Source of the DNA: Acidobacteriota bacterium
GTDB lineage: Bacteria > Acidobacteriota > Vicinamibacteria > Vicinamibacterales > UBA8438
Reading direction: 5' to 3'
Length of the DNA stretch: 64,000 bases
NCBI GenBank assembly: GCA_002712885.1
Contig: PAUN01000010.1
Coordinates: forward strand, 70,783-134,782
This document shows, in pieces, positions 36,975 to 45,497 of the stretch. A program made the position numbers and the translations under genes. The notes beneath the pieces were generated by a model. The model saw only the letters and a list, made by a program, of their open reading frames with translations, ran no database searches and had not been told where the DNA came from. Numbering within the stretch: position 1 is the first letter of the stretch; each line of letters opens with the position of its first letter.

Positions 36975-37041
36975 AGACCCAGGCGGGCTGTGACCGAGGA
37001 ACCAACGCCGTCCAAACGGTCACCTCGACAGGAAACCTAGG
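36975..37041 (+). repeat. Repeat family 1, truncated copy H (right half)
   Basis: CCCAGGCGGGCTGTGACCGAGGAACCAACGCCGTCCAAACGGTCACCTCGACAGGAAACCTAGG aligns with the right half of copy A (rc), C and D. The DoxX stop lies in the terminal CCTAGG. The last DPP4 codons resemble the left-core part of the element. Confidence 0.6.
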
Positions 37042-37516
37042 TGATTTGGTCTCGGCGATCGCGGCGCCGGCGCGCCCGGCCGGCCGCTTCCATCTCGGCC
37101 ATCCGCCGCCGGGCGCGATCAAACGACAGTCGACCGGCGCCGGTCGCCACCAAGCACAGGAGTGCGCCCACCAGAACGAGATCGAACTCCACGCCGTTGC
37201 CCACACCAGGCTCCCGCGACCAGTTCAAGAACAGGCCGTTCGGAAGATGGAGCTTCCAGCTGGTGACCCCCGTCGTCAACAACAGCGCAATGGCGGTCCA
37301 GCCGGTGTGGGCGCCAAGCATGAGCGCGATGCCGCCCCCGAGCTCGATCGCGCCCAGCGCCGCCGCCACCAGATGCGGCACCTTGAAATCGAGCGAGGCC
37401 AGCATCGCCGTCGTCTCCGGCAGGCCGCCAAAGGCCGGCGAGACCTTCATCACACCGTGAGACAGAAACACGGCGCCTACGACGAGCCGCAGTACGGTCG
37501 GGCCAAATCCACTCAT
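37037..37516 (-). CDS. DoxX family membrane protein
   Basis: LRLVVGAVFLSHGVMK and ..ELGGGIALMLG.. are the 4-TM DoxX signature. Arg-rich C-terminal tail. ATG 37516. Confidence 0.8.
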   Translation of the reverse strand: MSGFGPTVLRLVVGAVFLSHGVMKVSPAFGGLPETTAMLASLDFKVPHLVAAALGAIELGGGIALMLGAHTGWTAIALLLTTGVTSWKLHLPNGLFLNWSREPGVGNGVEFDLVLVGALLCLVATGAGRLSFDRARRRMAEMEAAGRARRRRDRRDQIT

Positions 37517-37662
37517 AGAGTCGCGATGCCTGCCAGCGGCCCGCTCTTCCGGTTCGTCGGGAGCCCCGAATGCCGCCGGACTGGGCCACGCTGCCCCAAA
37601 CGGGCACATTGTGACACCTTGTGGCCGAGCCGTGAAGCACTCGGGCGTTCGCCCGCCGCGGC

Positions 37663-39213
37663 TCAGCCGGTGAACTTGAGCCAGAGCGCGAGCAGCCGTT
37701 TCACGAGTGGCGTGACACGCGTGACGCTGTATTGGAACGCCGCCCGACGGACGGCATCGGCCTGTGTCGGGTAGGGATGGATGACGTTCGCGAGGGTACC
37801 GAGCCCCAGGCCTCCAACCATGGCCACGGTAATCTCGCTAACCATCTCGCCAGCGTGCCGGGCCACGATGGTGGCGCCGAGAATCTCGTCGCTGCCGGTC
37901 CGGGTGTGGATCCGCACGAACCCCTCATCGTCGCCGTCGGTGATGGCCCGGTCGACCTCACCCCAACGCTGAGTGTAGGTGGTCACCGGCACTCCCTGTT
38001 CCACCGCCTGATGCTCGTAGAGCCCCACATGCGCGACCTCCGGATCCGTATACGTACACCACGGCATTGTGAGCGCGCTCAGTCGACGACGCCCGGGGAA
38101 CAGCGCGTTCTGTACGGCGATGCGCGCCGCGTCCTCGGCCGCGTGGGTGAATTTCCACGCCATACAGACGTCGCCCGCGGCATAGATCCGTGGATTGGAG
38201 GTCTGCAGTGCATCATCCACGGTGACACCCTTCGCATCGTGGTTGACTCCGGCCGCCTCGAGGCCCAGTCCTTCGACATTCGGCGTGCGTCCGACCCCCA
38301 CCAGCACCTCGTCGACCACCAGTGGTTCGACGCCGTCCCCGGCCAAGTGGACGACCTTCTGGTCACCCTGGCGTTCGACCCGCTCGATCTGACAAGCGAG
38401 ACGGAGCCGGACACCGTCACGTGCGAGGGCCGCCTGGACGATGGCCGCAGCGTCTGGATCCTCCCGTCCGAGAATGTGATCCATAACCTCGAGCAGCGTG
38501 ACCTCACACCCCAGACGACAAAACGCCTGCGCCAGTTCGGCTCCGATCGGCCCGCCGCCGATGACCGCCAGCCGGCGCGGCCGCGTCGTCAGATTGAAGA
38601 CCGATTCGTTGGTGAGTGCGCCGGCCTCGGCCAGCCCGGCGATCGGCAGCGGTGCAGCGCGTGCCCCCGTCGCGATCACCGCTTTCTTGAACCGCAACGT
38701 CGTCCCGTCGACGTCGAGCCTGGACTCGCCGGTAAATCGAGCCGAGCCGAGGAAGACGTCGATCCCCTTCTCATCCCGATAGCGTGCGGCTGAATCGTGA
38801 GGGCTGATTCGCGCGCGAATGCGACGCATCCGTTCCATGACGGCGCCGAAGTTCGCTTCCGCGCCCGGCGGCATGCCCCACCCCAGCGAGGCGGCGTCCC
38901 GCAACTCGGCAAACACTCGTGACGAGCGAATGATGCTCTTCGAAGGGACGCAGCCCACGTTGAGACAGTCGCCACCCATGAGGTGCCGCTCCACCAACGC
39001 CACTTTGGCGCCGGCGCCGGCCGCGAACGAGGCGGCGATCAACCCGGCCGTCCCGGCGCCGACGACAACGAGGTGATAGCGGTCCGCTGGGGTGGGATTC
39101 ATCCAGTCCGGTGGATGGACGTGGCTGAGCAGGTCCGCGTTGAACGACGCGGTCGGGTCGAGTTCCGCGTTCCGAGCCGGCGCCTCGGATGCAGATGAAT
39201 CAATCGGCGGCAT
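37663..39213 (-). CDS. Class I pyridine nucleotide-disulfide oxidoreductase (MerA-like / dihydrolipoyl dehydrogenase family, no metal-binding domain seen)
   Basis: GAGTAG dinucleotide fold, redox-active GGDCLNVGCVPSK, a second NAD(P) fold and a dimerisation domain (HPYPT). The N-terminal extension ..HVHPPDWMNPTPADRY is typical of the MerA-like FAD-containing oxidoreductase group. Confidence 0.8.
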   Translation of the reverse strand: MPPIDSSASEAPARNAELDPTASFNADLLSHVHPPDWMNPTPADRYHLVVVGAGTAGLIAASFAAGAGAKVALVERHLMGGDCLNVGCVPSKSIIRSSRVFAELRDAASLGWGMPPGAEANFGAVMERMRRIRARISPHDSAARYRDEKGIDVFLGSARFTGESRLDVDGTTLRFKKAVIATGARAAPLPIAGLAEAGALTNESVFNLTTRPRRLAVIGGGPIGAELAQAFCRLGCEVTLLEVMDHILGREDPDAAAIVQAALARDGVRLRLACQIERVERQGDQKVVHLAGDGVEPLVVDEVLVGVGRTPNVEGLGLEAAGVNHDAKGVTVDDALQTSNPRIYAAGDVCMAWKFTHAAEDAARIAVQNALFPGRRRLSALTMPWCTYTDPEVAHVGLYEHQAVEQGVPVTTYTQRWGEVDRAITDGDDEGFVRIHTRTGSDEILGATIVARHAGEMVSEITVAMVGGLGLGTLANVIHPYPTQADAVRRAAFQYSVTRVTPLVKRLLALWLKFTG

Positions 39214-39324
39214 GCTGGTCCCCCGGCAAATGCGGCCCCCGGCCTTGGGCGAACCGGACAACCGGCCCAATCGCCGGAGTTGCCGAGACGGTCGCTCTTG
39301 GAACCGAGCGGACGGGCCGCCGCA

Positions 39325-39795
39325 CTACGACTTGGACGTGGCGTCCGGGGGCGGGGCTTTGCGGTCGGCCAGCGCCGCGGCGGGGATCGCCTCGGAGGCT
39401 CGTGGCCGCAAGATCTCATCGATGAGAAACAGGTCAGTCAGCACGGCGCGCAGATGGATCGAGCCGTTCAGATTGTCGATCACCTGGCTGCTAATGCCGG
39501 GCTGGGCCAGTACGAGACGCAAGGCCTTGCAGGCGCGTTCGGCATCGCCGTCAATGACCTCGAAGAACGCATCGTAGGGCGCCAGCGGCTCCAGTTTGCG
39601 CGCCCGGACGAGACTGGACAGGAACGCCCCCAAACCATCGAGTGCCGAGTCCATCTCTTCGATGCACCGACGTAACTCGCCGCCGGTCTGGGGATCGCCT
39701 CGTTGGCCCTTGGCCGCGTAGCTCAGAAATAGCTCGTAGCCGCCCTCGATGGTGTCGATCCGCTTTCTTAGATCTGCTGTGGCTGTATCTGACAC
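39325..39795 (-). CDS. Hypothetical cytosolic all-helical protein (156 aa)
   Basis: Good coding signal. It sits between the cytochrome b and the reductase on the same strand. No family recognised. Confidence 0.55.
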   Translation of the reverse strand: MSDTATADLRKRIDTIEGGYELFLSYAAKGQRGDPQTGGELRRCIEEMDSALDGLGAFLSSLVRARKLEPLAPYDAFFEVIDGDAERACKALRLVLAQPGISSQVIDNLNGSIHLRAVLTDLFLIDEILRPRASEAIPAAALADRKAPPPDATSKS

Positions 39796-39844
39796 GCTTT
39801 CGCCTTGGTTCGGGCTAGTGCGAGCTACGTCGGCCGAACTGGCC

Positions 39845-40660
39845 CTACTTGGACTCGACCTTCCACTTCTCCGGGTCGTGGTGCGCCAGGTAGTCGGATT
39901 TACTCACCCACCCAAAGATCATCGCCTTGGTCATCCACAGCTTGTCCGGCCGGATGGCAAAGTAAATGTGGGTGATGGTCAACGTGACGAACAGCACCGC
40001 GGCAAAGCCGTGCAACGTGTAGAGGACGCCCCAGTTGTTCTCCGTGAAGAACTGGTCGTTGCGCGAAACGATGGGCGTGTCGATTCGCAGCATCATCAGC
40101 AAACCCGTGGCAGACACGAGCAAGCCGAAAACCGAGACGGCCAGATGGTAGAGCTTGTGATCGAGGGGGTACTTCCCGTGTTTGCCCAGGGTGACTTGCT
40201 GACCAAGCTGACGCTTGGTTCGCTTGACAGCCTCACCGAAGTCTGCCGGCAGGATCCAGATGGACCAAAAATCCAGAAAGAAAGAGGCGTGCACGATGTG
40301 ATACAGGATGCACAGGATCAGGATGAGGCCGGCAATCCAGTGAATATTCAGCCAGGCGAACTCGAGGCCGATGATCGGCAGAAAGCCGGTTCCCAAGAGC
40401 ACGAGCATCGAGGCCGCCATAACCCAGTGGAACATTCTGGCCGCCCCGGTGTGCCGGACCACCTTGTCTGGAATGCCGGCGGGCGGATCGACCGTCGGCT
40501 CATCGCCGTGATCAACCTTCGGCTTCCACACAATCACGTAGATGGCGTGAAAGAGGATAAAGGCGATGCCCGCCCAGAATGCCGCCGTCAGCAGAGTCCA
40601 GGAGAGACGAATGAGAATTTCCTGGCCCCATGGGTCAGTGCCTACTTGAAACAGTTCCAT
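39845..40660 (-). CDS. Membrane di-haem cytochrome b (FdnI/PhsC / Ni_hydr_CYTB-like)
   Basis: Five to six TM helices with conserved His in the helices (RMFHWVMA, IHWIAG..YHIVH, YTLHGFAA..THIYF). No catalytic partner subunit is adjacent. GC is visibly lower than in the neighbours. Confidence 0.7.
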   Translation of the reverse strand: MELFQVGTDPWGQEILIRLSWTLLTAAFWAGIAFILFHAIYVIVWKPKVDHGDEPTVDPPAGIPDKVVRHTGAARMFHWVMAASMLVLLGTGFLPIIGLEFAWLNIHWIAGLILILCILYHIVHASFFLDFWSIWILPADFGEAVKRTKRQLGQQVTLGKHGKYPLDHKLYHLAVSVFGLLVSATGLLMMLRIDTPIVSRNDQFFTENNWGVLYTLHGFAAVLFVTLTITHIYFAIRPDKLWMTKAMIFGWVSKSDYLAHHDPEKWKVESK

Positions 40661-40970
40661 TTACGCCCCCGTACCTCGATGAGTCGCCTGATCAGGATGT
40701 GCCCAGGAACAACCCCACCCGTTCGCATGTCGATGCCTGCGGACTCGCGGCCAGCCACAGACTCGCACTGTCCCAACCCCCGCCGCCACAGGCAGGTCTG
40801 TCCGCCCTAGTCCCTCGGTTGACACACGGGCAGCGCAAATGCGCCGTTTTCCGTGCCCCACCGCCGGCGGGTACTGAACCACAGGCGGGAAGGATACCGG
40901 GGACGCCTCCAGGATACAACTCATTCTTCGCCACGCCTCCCACCTCAGAGTTGAACTTTTCTGGATCTCG

Positions 40971-40993
40971 AACGTATGATTTAAATGAACGTT
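40971..40993. promoter_or_regulatory. Candidate TetR operator AACGTatgaTTTAAAtgaACGTT
   Basis: Imperfect palindrome in the AT-rich stretch 32 nt upstream of the tetR ATG. It is the only such site in the 364-bp divergent intergenic region. Confidence 0.35.
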
Positions 40994-41024
40994 TGATTGA
41001 ATATGGACAACCAAGGAACGAGTC

Positions 41025-41684
41025 ATGGCAGCAGACACCAAGGAACGGATTCTCGATACGGCCGAACGTTTATTCGCCGACCACGGGTTTCCGGCCACCT
41101 CGTTGCGAGACATCACGCAGGAAGCTGGGGTCAATCTGGCCGCCGTCAATTACCACTTCGGCGGCAAAGAGGGGCTCTTGATCGAAGTGCTGGAGCGAAA
41201 AATCGCGCCAGTGAATCGGTCCCGGCTGGCCCAACTCGAAACACTGGAGACCGCGGCCGGATCCGACCCTGTACCGACCGAGCATCTCGTGCGAGCTTTT
41301 GTGACGCCGCTGTGCGAGTCGTGGTGTAAGCAAGTTTCGGTGCCAAAATTCATGAAGCTCGTGGGACGGATCCACGCCGAAGTCGACCAGGACCTGCGAG
41401 CGAAGTTCATCAAACAGTTCGACACGGTCTTGCACCGATTCTCATCGGCGTTCCACCGCGGGTTGCCTCACCTGGACGCTAGTGAGGTGCAGTGGCGAGT
41501 GCTGTTCCTGGTGGGTTCCATGGCCCACACGATGACGTGGGGGGGCTCTATCGTCACGATCGGTGGCCGGGAACGTCACGACCCAGAGGAGATCTTTGAG
41601 GCACTGATCCAGTTCGCAACGGCCGGCATGAGTGCACCCGTGCTGGAACCGGTGGCGGCGGCAAGCGGAAGAGGCGCGCGATGA
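41025..41684 (+). CDS. TetR/AcrR family transcriptional regulator
   Basis: KERILDTAERLFADHGFPATSLRDITQEAGVNLAAVNYHFGGKEGL is the HTH motif. First gene of the efflux operon, with an ATGA overlap to the next gene. Confidence 0.9.
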   Translation: MAADTKERILDTAERLFADHGFPATSLRDITQEAGVNLAAVNYHFGGKEGLLIEVLERKIAPVNRSRLAQLETLETAAGSDPVPTEHLVRAFVTPLCESWCKQVSVPKFMKLVGRIHAEVDQDLRAKFIKQFDTVLHRFSSAFHRGLPHLDASEVQWRVLFLVGSMAHTMTWGGSIVTIGGRERHDPEEIFEALIQFATAGMSAPVLEPVAAASGRGAR

Positions 41685-43123
41685 CCCGGACCGCCACGTC
41701 GCGGACGGTCGCGGGCGGTCTGGCGATGCTCCTCGTGGGCTGCGCCACCGCGCCGCCCCCGCTCGCTCCGCCGCAGCTCGACGCGGCGGTACCGGCCGTC
41801 TGGTCGGCACGGGACGACCTGGGTGGCGCGCCGGACCTGAGCTGGTGGACCGACTTCGACCTGCCGGCACTCAACGAGACCGTGGAGACCGCGCTCCAGC
41901 AGAACTACGACCTGCAGGCCGCCGCGTCCAGACTCGAGCAGGCGGCCGCCGACGCGCGTATTGCCGCCGCGGCCCTGCTGCCTGCCTTGCAGGTCGGGCT
42001 GAATGGCTCGAAACGGCGGCAGAACTTCATCGGGTTCCCGATCCCCGGCGCCGAAGACATGGTCCTGACCACCGTCAGTACGAACTTCGGTGTGTCGTTC
42101 GATCTGACCTGGGAGGCTGACCTGTGGGGCCGTCTCCGATCGGGCGAGCGCGCGGCCCTGGCCGACTTCCAATCACAGGCGGCCGACCTGCGGGGCGCCC
42201 AGTTGTCACTCGCTGGCCAAACGGTGAAGGCGTGGTTTGCGGTGGCGGAAGCGGAACAACAGCTACAGCTGGCCGCGGCCACGGTCGACAGCTTCGGCAC
42301 GTCGACCGACCAGGTCAGAGCACGATTCGAGCAGGGGCTGCGTCCGTCGCTGGACGTCCGCCTGGCGCTATCGAGTCTGGCAAATGCCGAGGCATTGCAG
42401 GCGCAGCGGCGCCAGCAGTCGGACGCCGCAGTGCGACAAATCGAAGTACTGCTGGGGCGGTACGCGTCCGGCGATCTGGTCGGTCCGTCAGTATTACCGG
42501 ACACCCCGCGTGCAATTCCCGGAGGCCTACCGGCCGAACTCGTCAGTCGCCGCCCCGACCTGGTCGCAGCGGAACGCCGGGTCGCGGCCACCAGTCAACG
42601 GCTGCAGGTCGCGCGCTCGGAACTCTATCCGCGTATCAGCTTGACCAGCGCCACCGGCACCGCCACCGGCGCGCTCGCCGATCTGGTCAACGGCAACTTC
42701 AGCGTCTGGAGCCTGGTCGGCAATCTGGTCCAACCGTTGTTCCAGGGCGGACGTCTGCGGGCCGGGATCGACCGGGCCGAGGCGCGAGCGGCGGAGGAGC
42801 TGGCCATCTACGCCAACACCGCGCTACTTGCGTTCTCGGAGGTGGAAACCGCGCTGGCCGCCGAGCAGTTGCTGGCAGACCGGGAAGGTTTCCTGGAAAC
42901 GTCGGCCGAGCAATCGCGGGCGGCCGAGGACATCGCAGACGACCGGTATCGATCCGGACTCGGCGATTACATCGCGGTACTCGAGTCGCAGCGACTGGCC
43001 CTCCAGGCAGAGGGCGACCTGATCGCCGCGCGGCGCCTACGTCTCGAAAACCGAGTTGATCTCTATCTGGCACTGGGCGGCGGATTCAGCCAGCCCAGGT
43101 CAGTTTCTGGTTCACAGCCCTGA
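41681..43123 (+). CDS. Efflux outer-membrane factor lipoprotein (NodT/OprM family)
   Basis: Lipobox LLVGCAT. Two OEP repeats with the typical LL.A..N.DL..A and ..LF.GG motifs. Confidence 0.9.
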   Translation: MTRTATSRTVAGGLAMLLVGCATAPPPLAPPQLDAAVPAVWSARDDLGGAPDLSWWTDFDLPALNETVETALQQNYDLQAAASRLEQAAADARIAAAALLPALQVGLNGSKRRQNFIGFPIPGAEDMVLTTVSTNFGVSFDLTWEADLWGRLRSGERAALADFQSQAADLRGAQLSLAGQTVKAWFAVAEAEQQLQLAAATVDSFGTSTDQVRARFEQGLRPSLDVRLALSSLANAEALQAQRRQQSDAAVRQIEVLLGRYASGDLVGPSVLPDTPRAIPGGLPAELVSRRPDLVAAERRVAATSQRLQVARSELYPRISLTSATGTATGALADLVNGNFSVWSLVGNLVQPLFQGGRLRAGIDRAEARAAEELAIYANTALLAFSEVETALAAEQLLADREGFLETSAEQSRAAEDIADDRYRSGLGDYIAVLESQRLALQAEGDLIAARRLRLENRVDLYLALGGGFSQPRSVSGSQP

Positions 43124-43148
43124 ACCGTCATGAAGCGAGTGTGATCTG

Positions 43149-45497
43149 ATGGCACGACTGCCCATTCGAATCCTCAAAGTGCTCCTGCCGCTTGTTGTGG
43201 TCGCGAGCGCCGGACTTGCGGCCTACGCGATGTTTCTCAGCCGGCCACCAGTCGACATACAGACGCCGGCCATTGTCCCCCCGAGCGTCCGCGTGCAGCG
43301 GGTGACCTTCGACGCCGTCACCTTGACCGTCAGCAGTCAGGGCACGGTGCAGCCGCGCACCTCAAGCCTACTCGTGCCGGAAATCTCAGGTCCGGTAATC
43401 GAGGTCGCGCCGTCGTTCGCCGTGGGCGGTTTCTTCGAAGCGGGCGACGTGCTCTTGAGCATCGACCCCTATGACTACCAGCAAGCGGTGATCGCGGGAC
43501 GGTCGCAACTGGCCCAGGCTGAACTGCGGCTCTCCCAGGAAGAAGCCGAGGCGGAGGTCGCACGACGGGAATGGCAGGACCTGGGTCGTGGTGACGCCAG
43601 CCGTCTGACGCTGCGGCAGCCGCAGATGGAGGACGCACGCGCGTCCGTCGCGGCCGCCAAAGCGGCACTGGACCGGGCCACACGCGACCTCGAACGCGCG
43701 GACATCACGGCGCCGTACGCCGGACGTGTCCAGAGCAAGGAGGTCGACGTCGGTCAGTTCGTCAACAAGGGCAACACGGTCGCCCGGATCTACGCGATCG
43801 ACTCCGCCGAGATCCGGCTGCCGCTGCCAGATGAGGAATTGGCCTACGTCGACGTGCCGCTGTCGTATCGAGGCACCATGCGGCAGTCCGGTCCCCGAGT
43901 CACCATCTCGTCCAACTTTGCCGGACGCGAGCATGTCTGGCAGGGACGTATCGTCAGGACTGAAGGCGAGATCGACCCCGTGAGCCGGATGGTACACGTG
44001 ATCGCGGAGGTGAACGACCCGTACGCGGCGGGCAACGACCCCTTGCGTCCGCCGCTGTCCGCCGGGATGTTCGTGGAAGCGGAAATCGCGGGCCGGACCA
44101 TTAACGACGTCGTCGTCCTGCCATGGGCGGCGCTCCGCGGACGGAACCAGGTGCTGGTCGTTGACGACGACAGCCGGCTCAGGTTCCGCGATGTGGAGAT
44201 CCTCCGTTCGACCAGCGACGAAGTCATCGTGCATGCCGGTCTCGCCGAAGGGGAGGCGGTGTGCGTGTCTCCACTCGACACGGTGACTGACGGCATGTTG
44301 GTGCGGGTGGTCGACGATGACCTCCGCATGGCGGGCCGCGTGCCCGCACCAACCTCACCCCCAGCCGCGGTCGAACCGCCGACGCCACGGGTGGCGGTCC
44401 CCGACCTGCCGCCAGTGACCACGGAGACGGTGGCCGAACCCGCGACCGCGGCGTTCGATGTCGATTCGACCCAGAGCCGCGACGACCAGCTCGCGGCGAT
44501 CCGCCGCGAGATCGCACGGCTGACCGGCGGGGCCGATGGACGCGGGGCGCCGGGTGGCGCACCCGCCGCGAGCACGCCTGCGGTGCCCGCACCCCGTCGA
44601 ACCGCCGAACCGGCGCCGGTCCCGGAGCCGGACACCCCCGCTGGCGCCACGGCGCCGGCCGGTCCGCAGGTGGCGGTGCTGCCGTTCGCCAACCTGTCGC
44701 GCGACCCGAGCGATGGCGAGATCGGCGGGGTGTTGACCTCGGCGCTCCGGACGGCCCTGATGGACGGGGACACGGGCGGTGTGGTGCCCCTCACAAACAC
44801 GGACAACGCCGCCGGGCTCGAAGACGCGAAGGCACGTAACGCCACGTGGCTCGTGACTGGAGGGTATCAGCGGGTCGGCGACCAGCTGCGCGTCACGGCG
44901 CGCGTGGTCGACGTGGCGGGTGGCGACGTCATCGGCTCGGTCAAGGTAGACGGCCCCCTCGCTAACCTCGACGAGCTTGCGAGCCAGATGATCGCCGGGG
45001 TCCGGGCCAACCTGCCGTCCGGCACGCCCGGCGCCCCCAGCGCCACAAACCGATCCCCCGTGGACAACGTCGCGACCACGGCTCGCCCAGCCACGCGTGG
45101 GGTCGCGATCGGGCCATTCGCCAACATCTCTCGGAACCCCGCCGATGACAGTCTCGGCCGCGACCTGGCCGACGCGCTGGTGGATGGCTTGAGGCAGCTC
45201 CGAGACCTGTCGGTGGTCTCGCTCGGCGCGGTGAGCGACGCGGCGGCGATGAAGGCGGCGGCGGCACGGAACGCGACCTGGTTGCTCGGCGGCGGTTACC
45301 AGCGCGTTGGTGAACAGGTGCGCATCACAGCGCGCCTGACGGATGTGGCGACGGGTGAACTGGTCCACACGGTCAAAACCGATGGTCGGATGGACGAGCT
45401 TCCGGCGTTGCTGGCCGAGGTCGTGGCGGCCCTGCAGGCCGTCATCGACGCGGGCGCCGCGAGGGTCCAGCCCACACACGACGAGCTGTTGGCATGA
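43149..45497 (+). CDS. RND efflux periplasmic adaptor (MFP) with 380-aa C-terminal extension carrying two tandem TolB-N-like domains
   Basis: aa 1-395 are HlyD_D23-type MFP (..ITAPYAGRV.., barrel-sandwich, beta-barrel). aa 398-505 are a Pro/Ala-rich linker. aa 506-622 and 650-766 are two homologous units (VAVLPFANLSRDP..NATWLVTGGYQRVGDQLRVTARVVDV.. / VAIGPFANISRNP..NATWLLGGGYQRVGEQVRITARLTDV..). Confidence 0.85.
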   Translation: MARLPIRILKVLLPLVVVASAGLAAYAMFLSRPPVDIQTPAIVPPSVRVQRVTFDAVTLTVSSQGTVQPRTSSLLVPEISGPVIEVAPSFAVGGFFEAGDVLLSIDPYDYQQAVIAGRSQLAQAELRLSQEEAEAEVARREWQDLGRGDASRLTLRQPQMEDARASVAAAKAALDRATRDLERADITAPYAGRVQSKEVDVGQFVNKGNTVARIYAIDSAEIRLPLPDEELAYVDVPLSYRGTMRQSGPRVTISSNFAGREHVWQGRIVRTEGEIDPVSRMVHVIAEVNDPYAAGNDPLRPPLSAGMFVEAEIAGRTINDVVVLPWAALRGRNQVLVVDDDSRLRFRDVEILRSTSDEVIVHAGLAEGEAVCVSPLDTVTDGMLVRVVDDDLRMAGRVPAPTSPPAAVEPPTPRVAVPDLPPVTTETVAEPATAAFDVDSTQSRDDQLAAIRREIARLTGGADGRGAPGGAPAASTPAVPAPRRTAEPAPVPEPDTPAGATAPAGPQVAVLPFANLSRDPSDGEIGGVLTSALRTALMDGDTGGVVPLTNTDNAAGLEDAKARNATWLVTGGYQRVGDQLRVTARVVDVAGGDVIGSVKVDGPLANLDELASQMIAGVRANLPSGTPGAPSATNRSPVDNVATTARPATRGVAIGPFANISRNPADDSLGRDLADALVDGLRQLRDLSVVSLGAVSDAAAMKAAAARNATWLLGGGYQRVGEQVRITARLTDVATGELVHTVKTDGRMDELPALLAEVVAALQAVIDAGAARVQPTHDELLA

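Noticed and set aside
39845-40660. Lower GC content of the cytochrome b gene as evidence of horizontal transfer
   Set aside because: The gene is embedded in a same-strand cluster with no flanking mobile elements, tRNA or repeats. A membrane-protein amino-acid composition rich in Phe, Ile, Leu, Lys, Trp and His can lower GC by itself. The evidence is insufficient without codon or k-mer statistics.
40780-40870. Possible degenerate family-1 repeat fragment in the cytochrome b / tetR intergenic region (..CACAGGCAGGTCTGTCCGCCCTAG..)
   Set aside because: Only about 20 nt resemble the core and no terminal inverted repeats are present. The match is too weak to call without a profile alignment.
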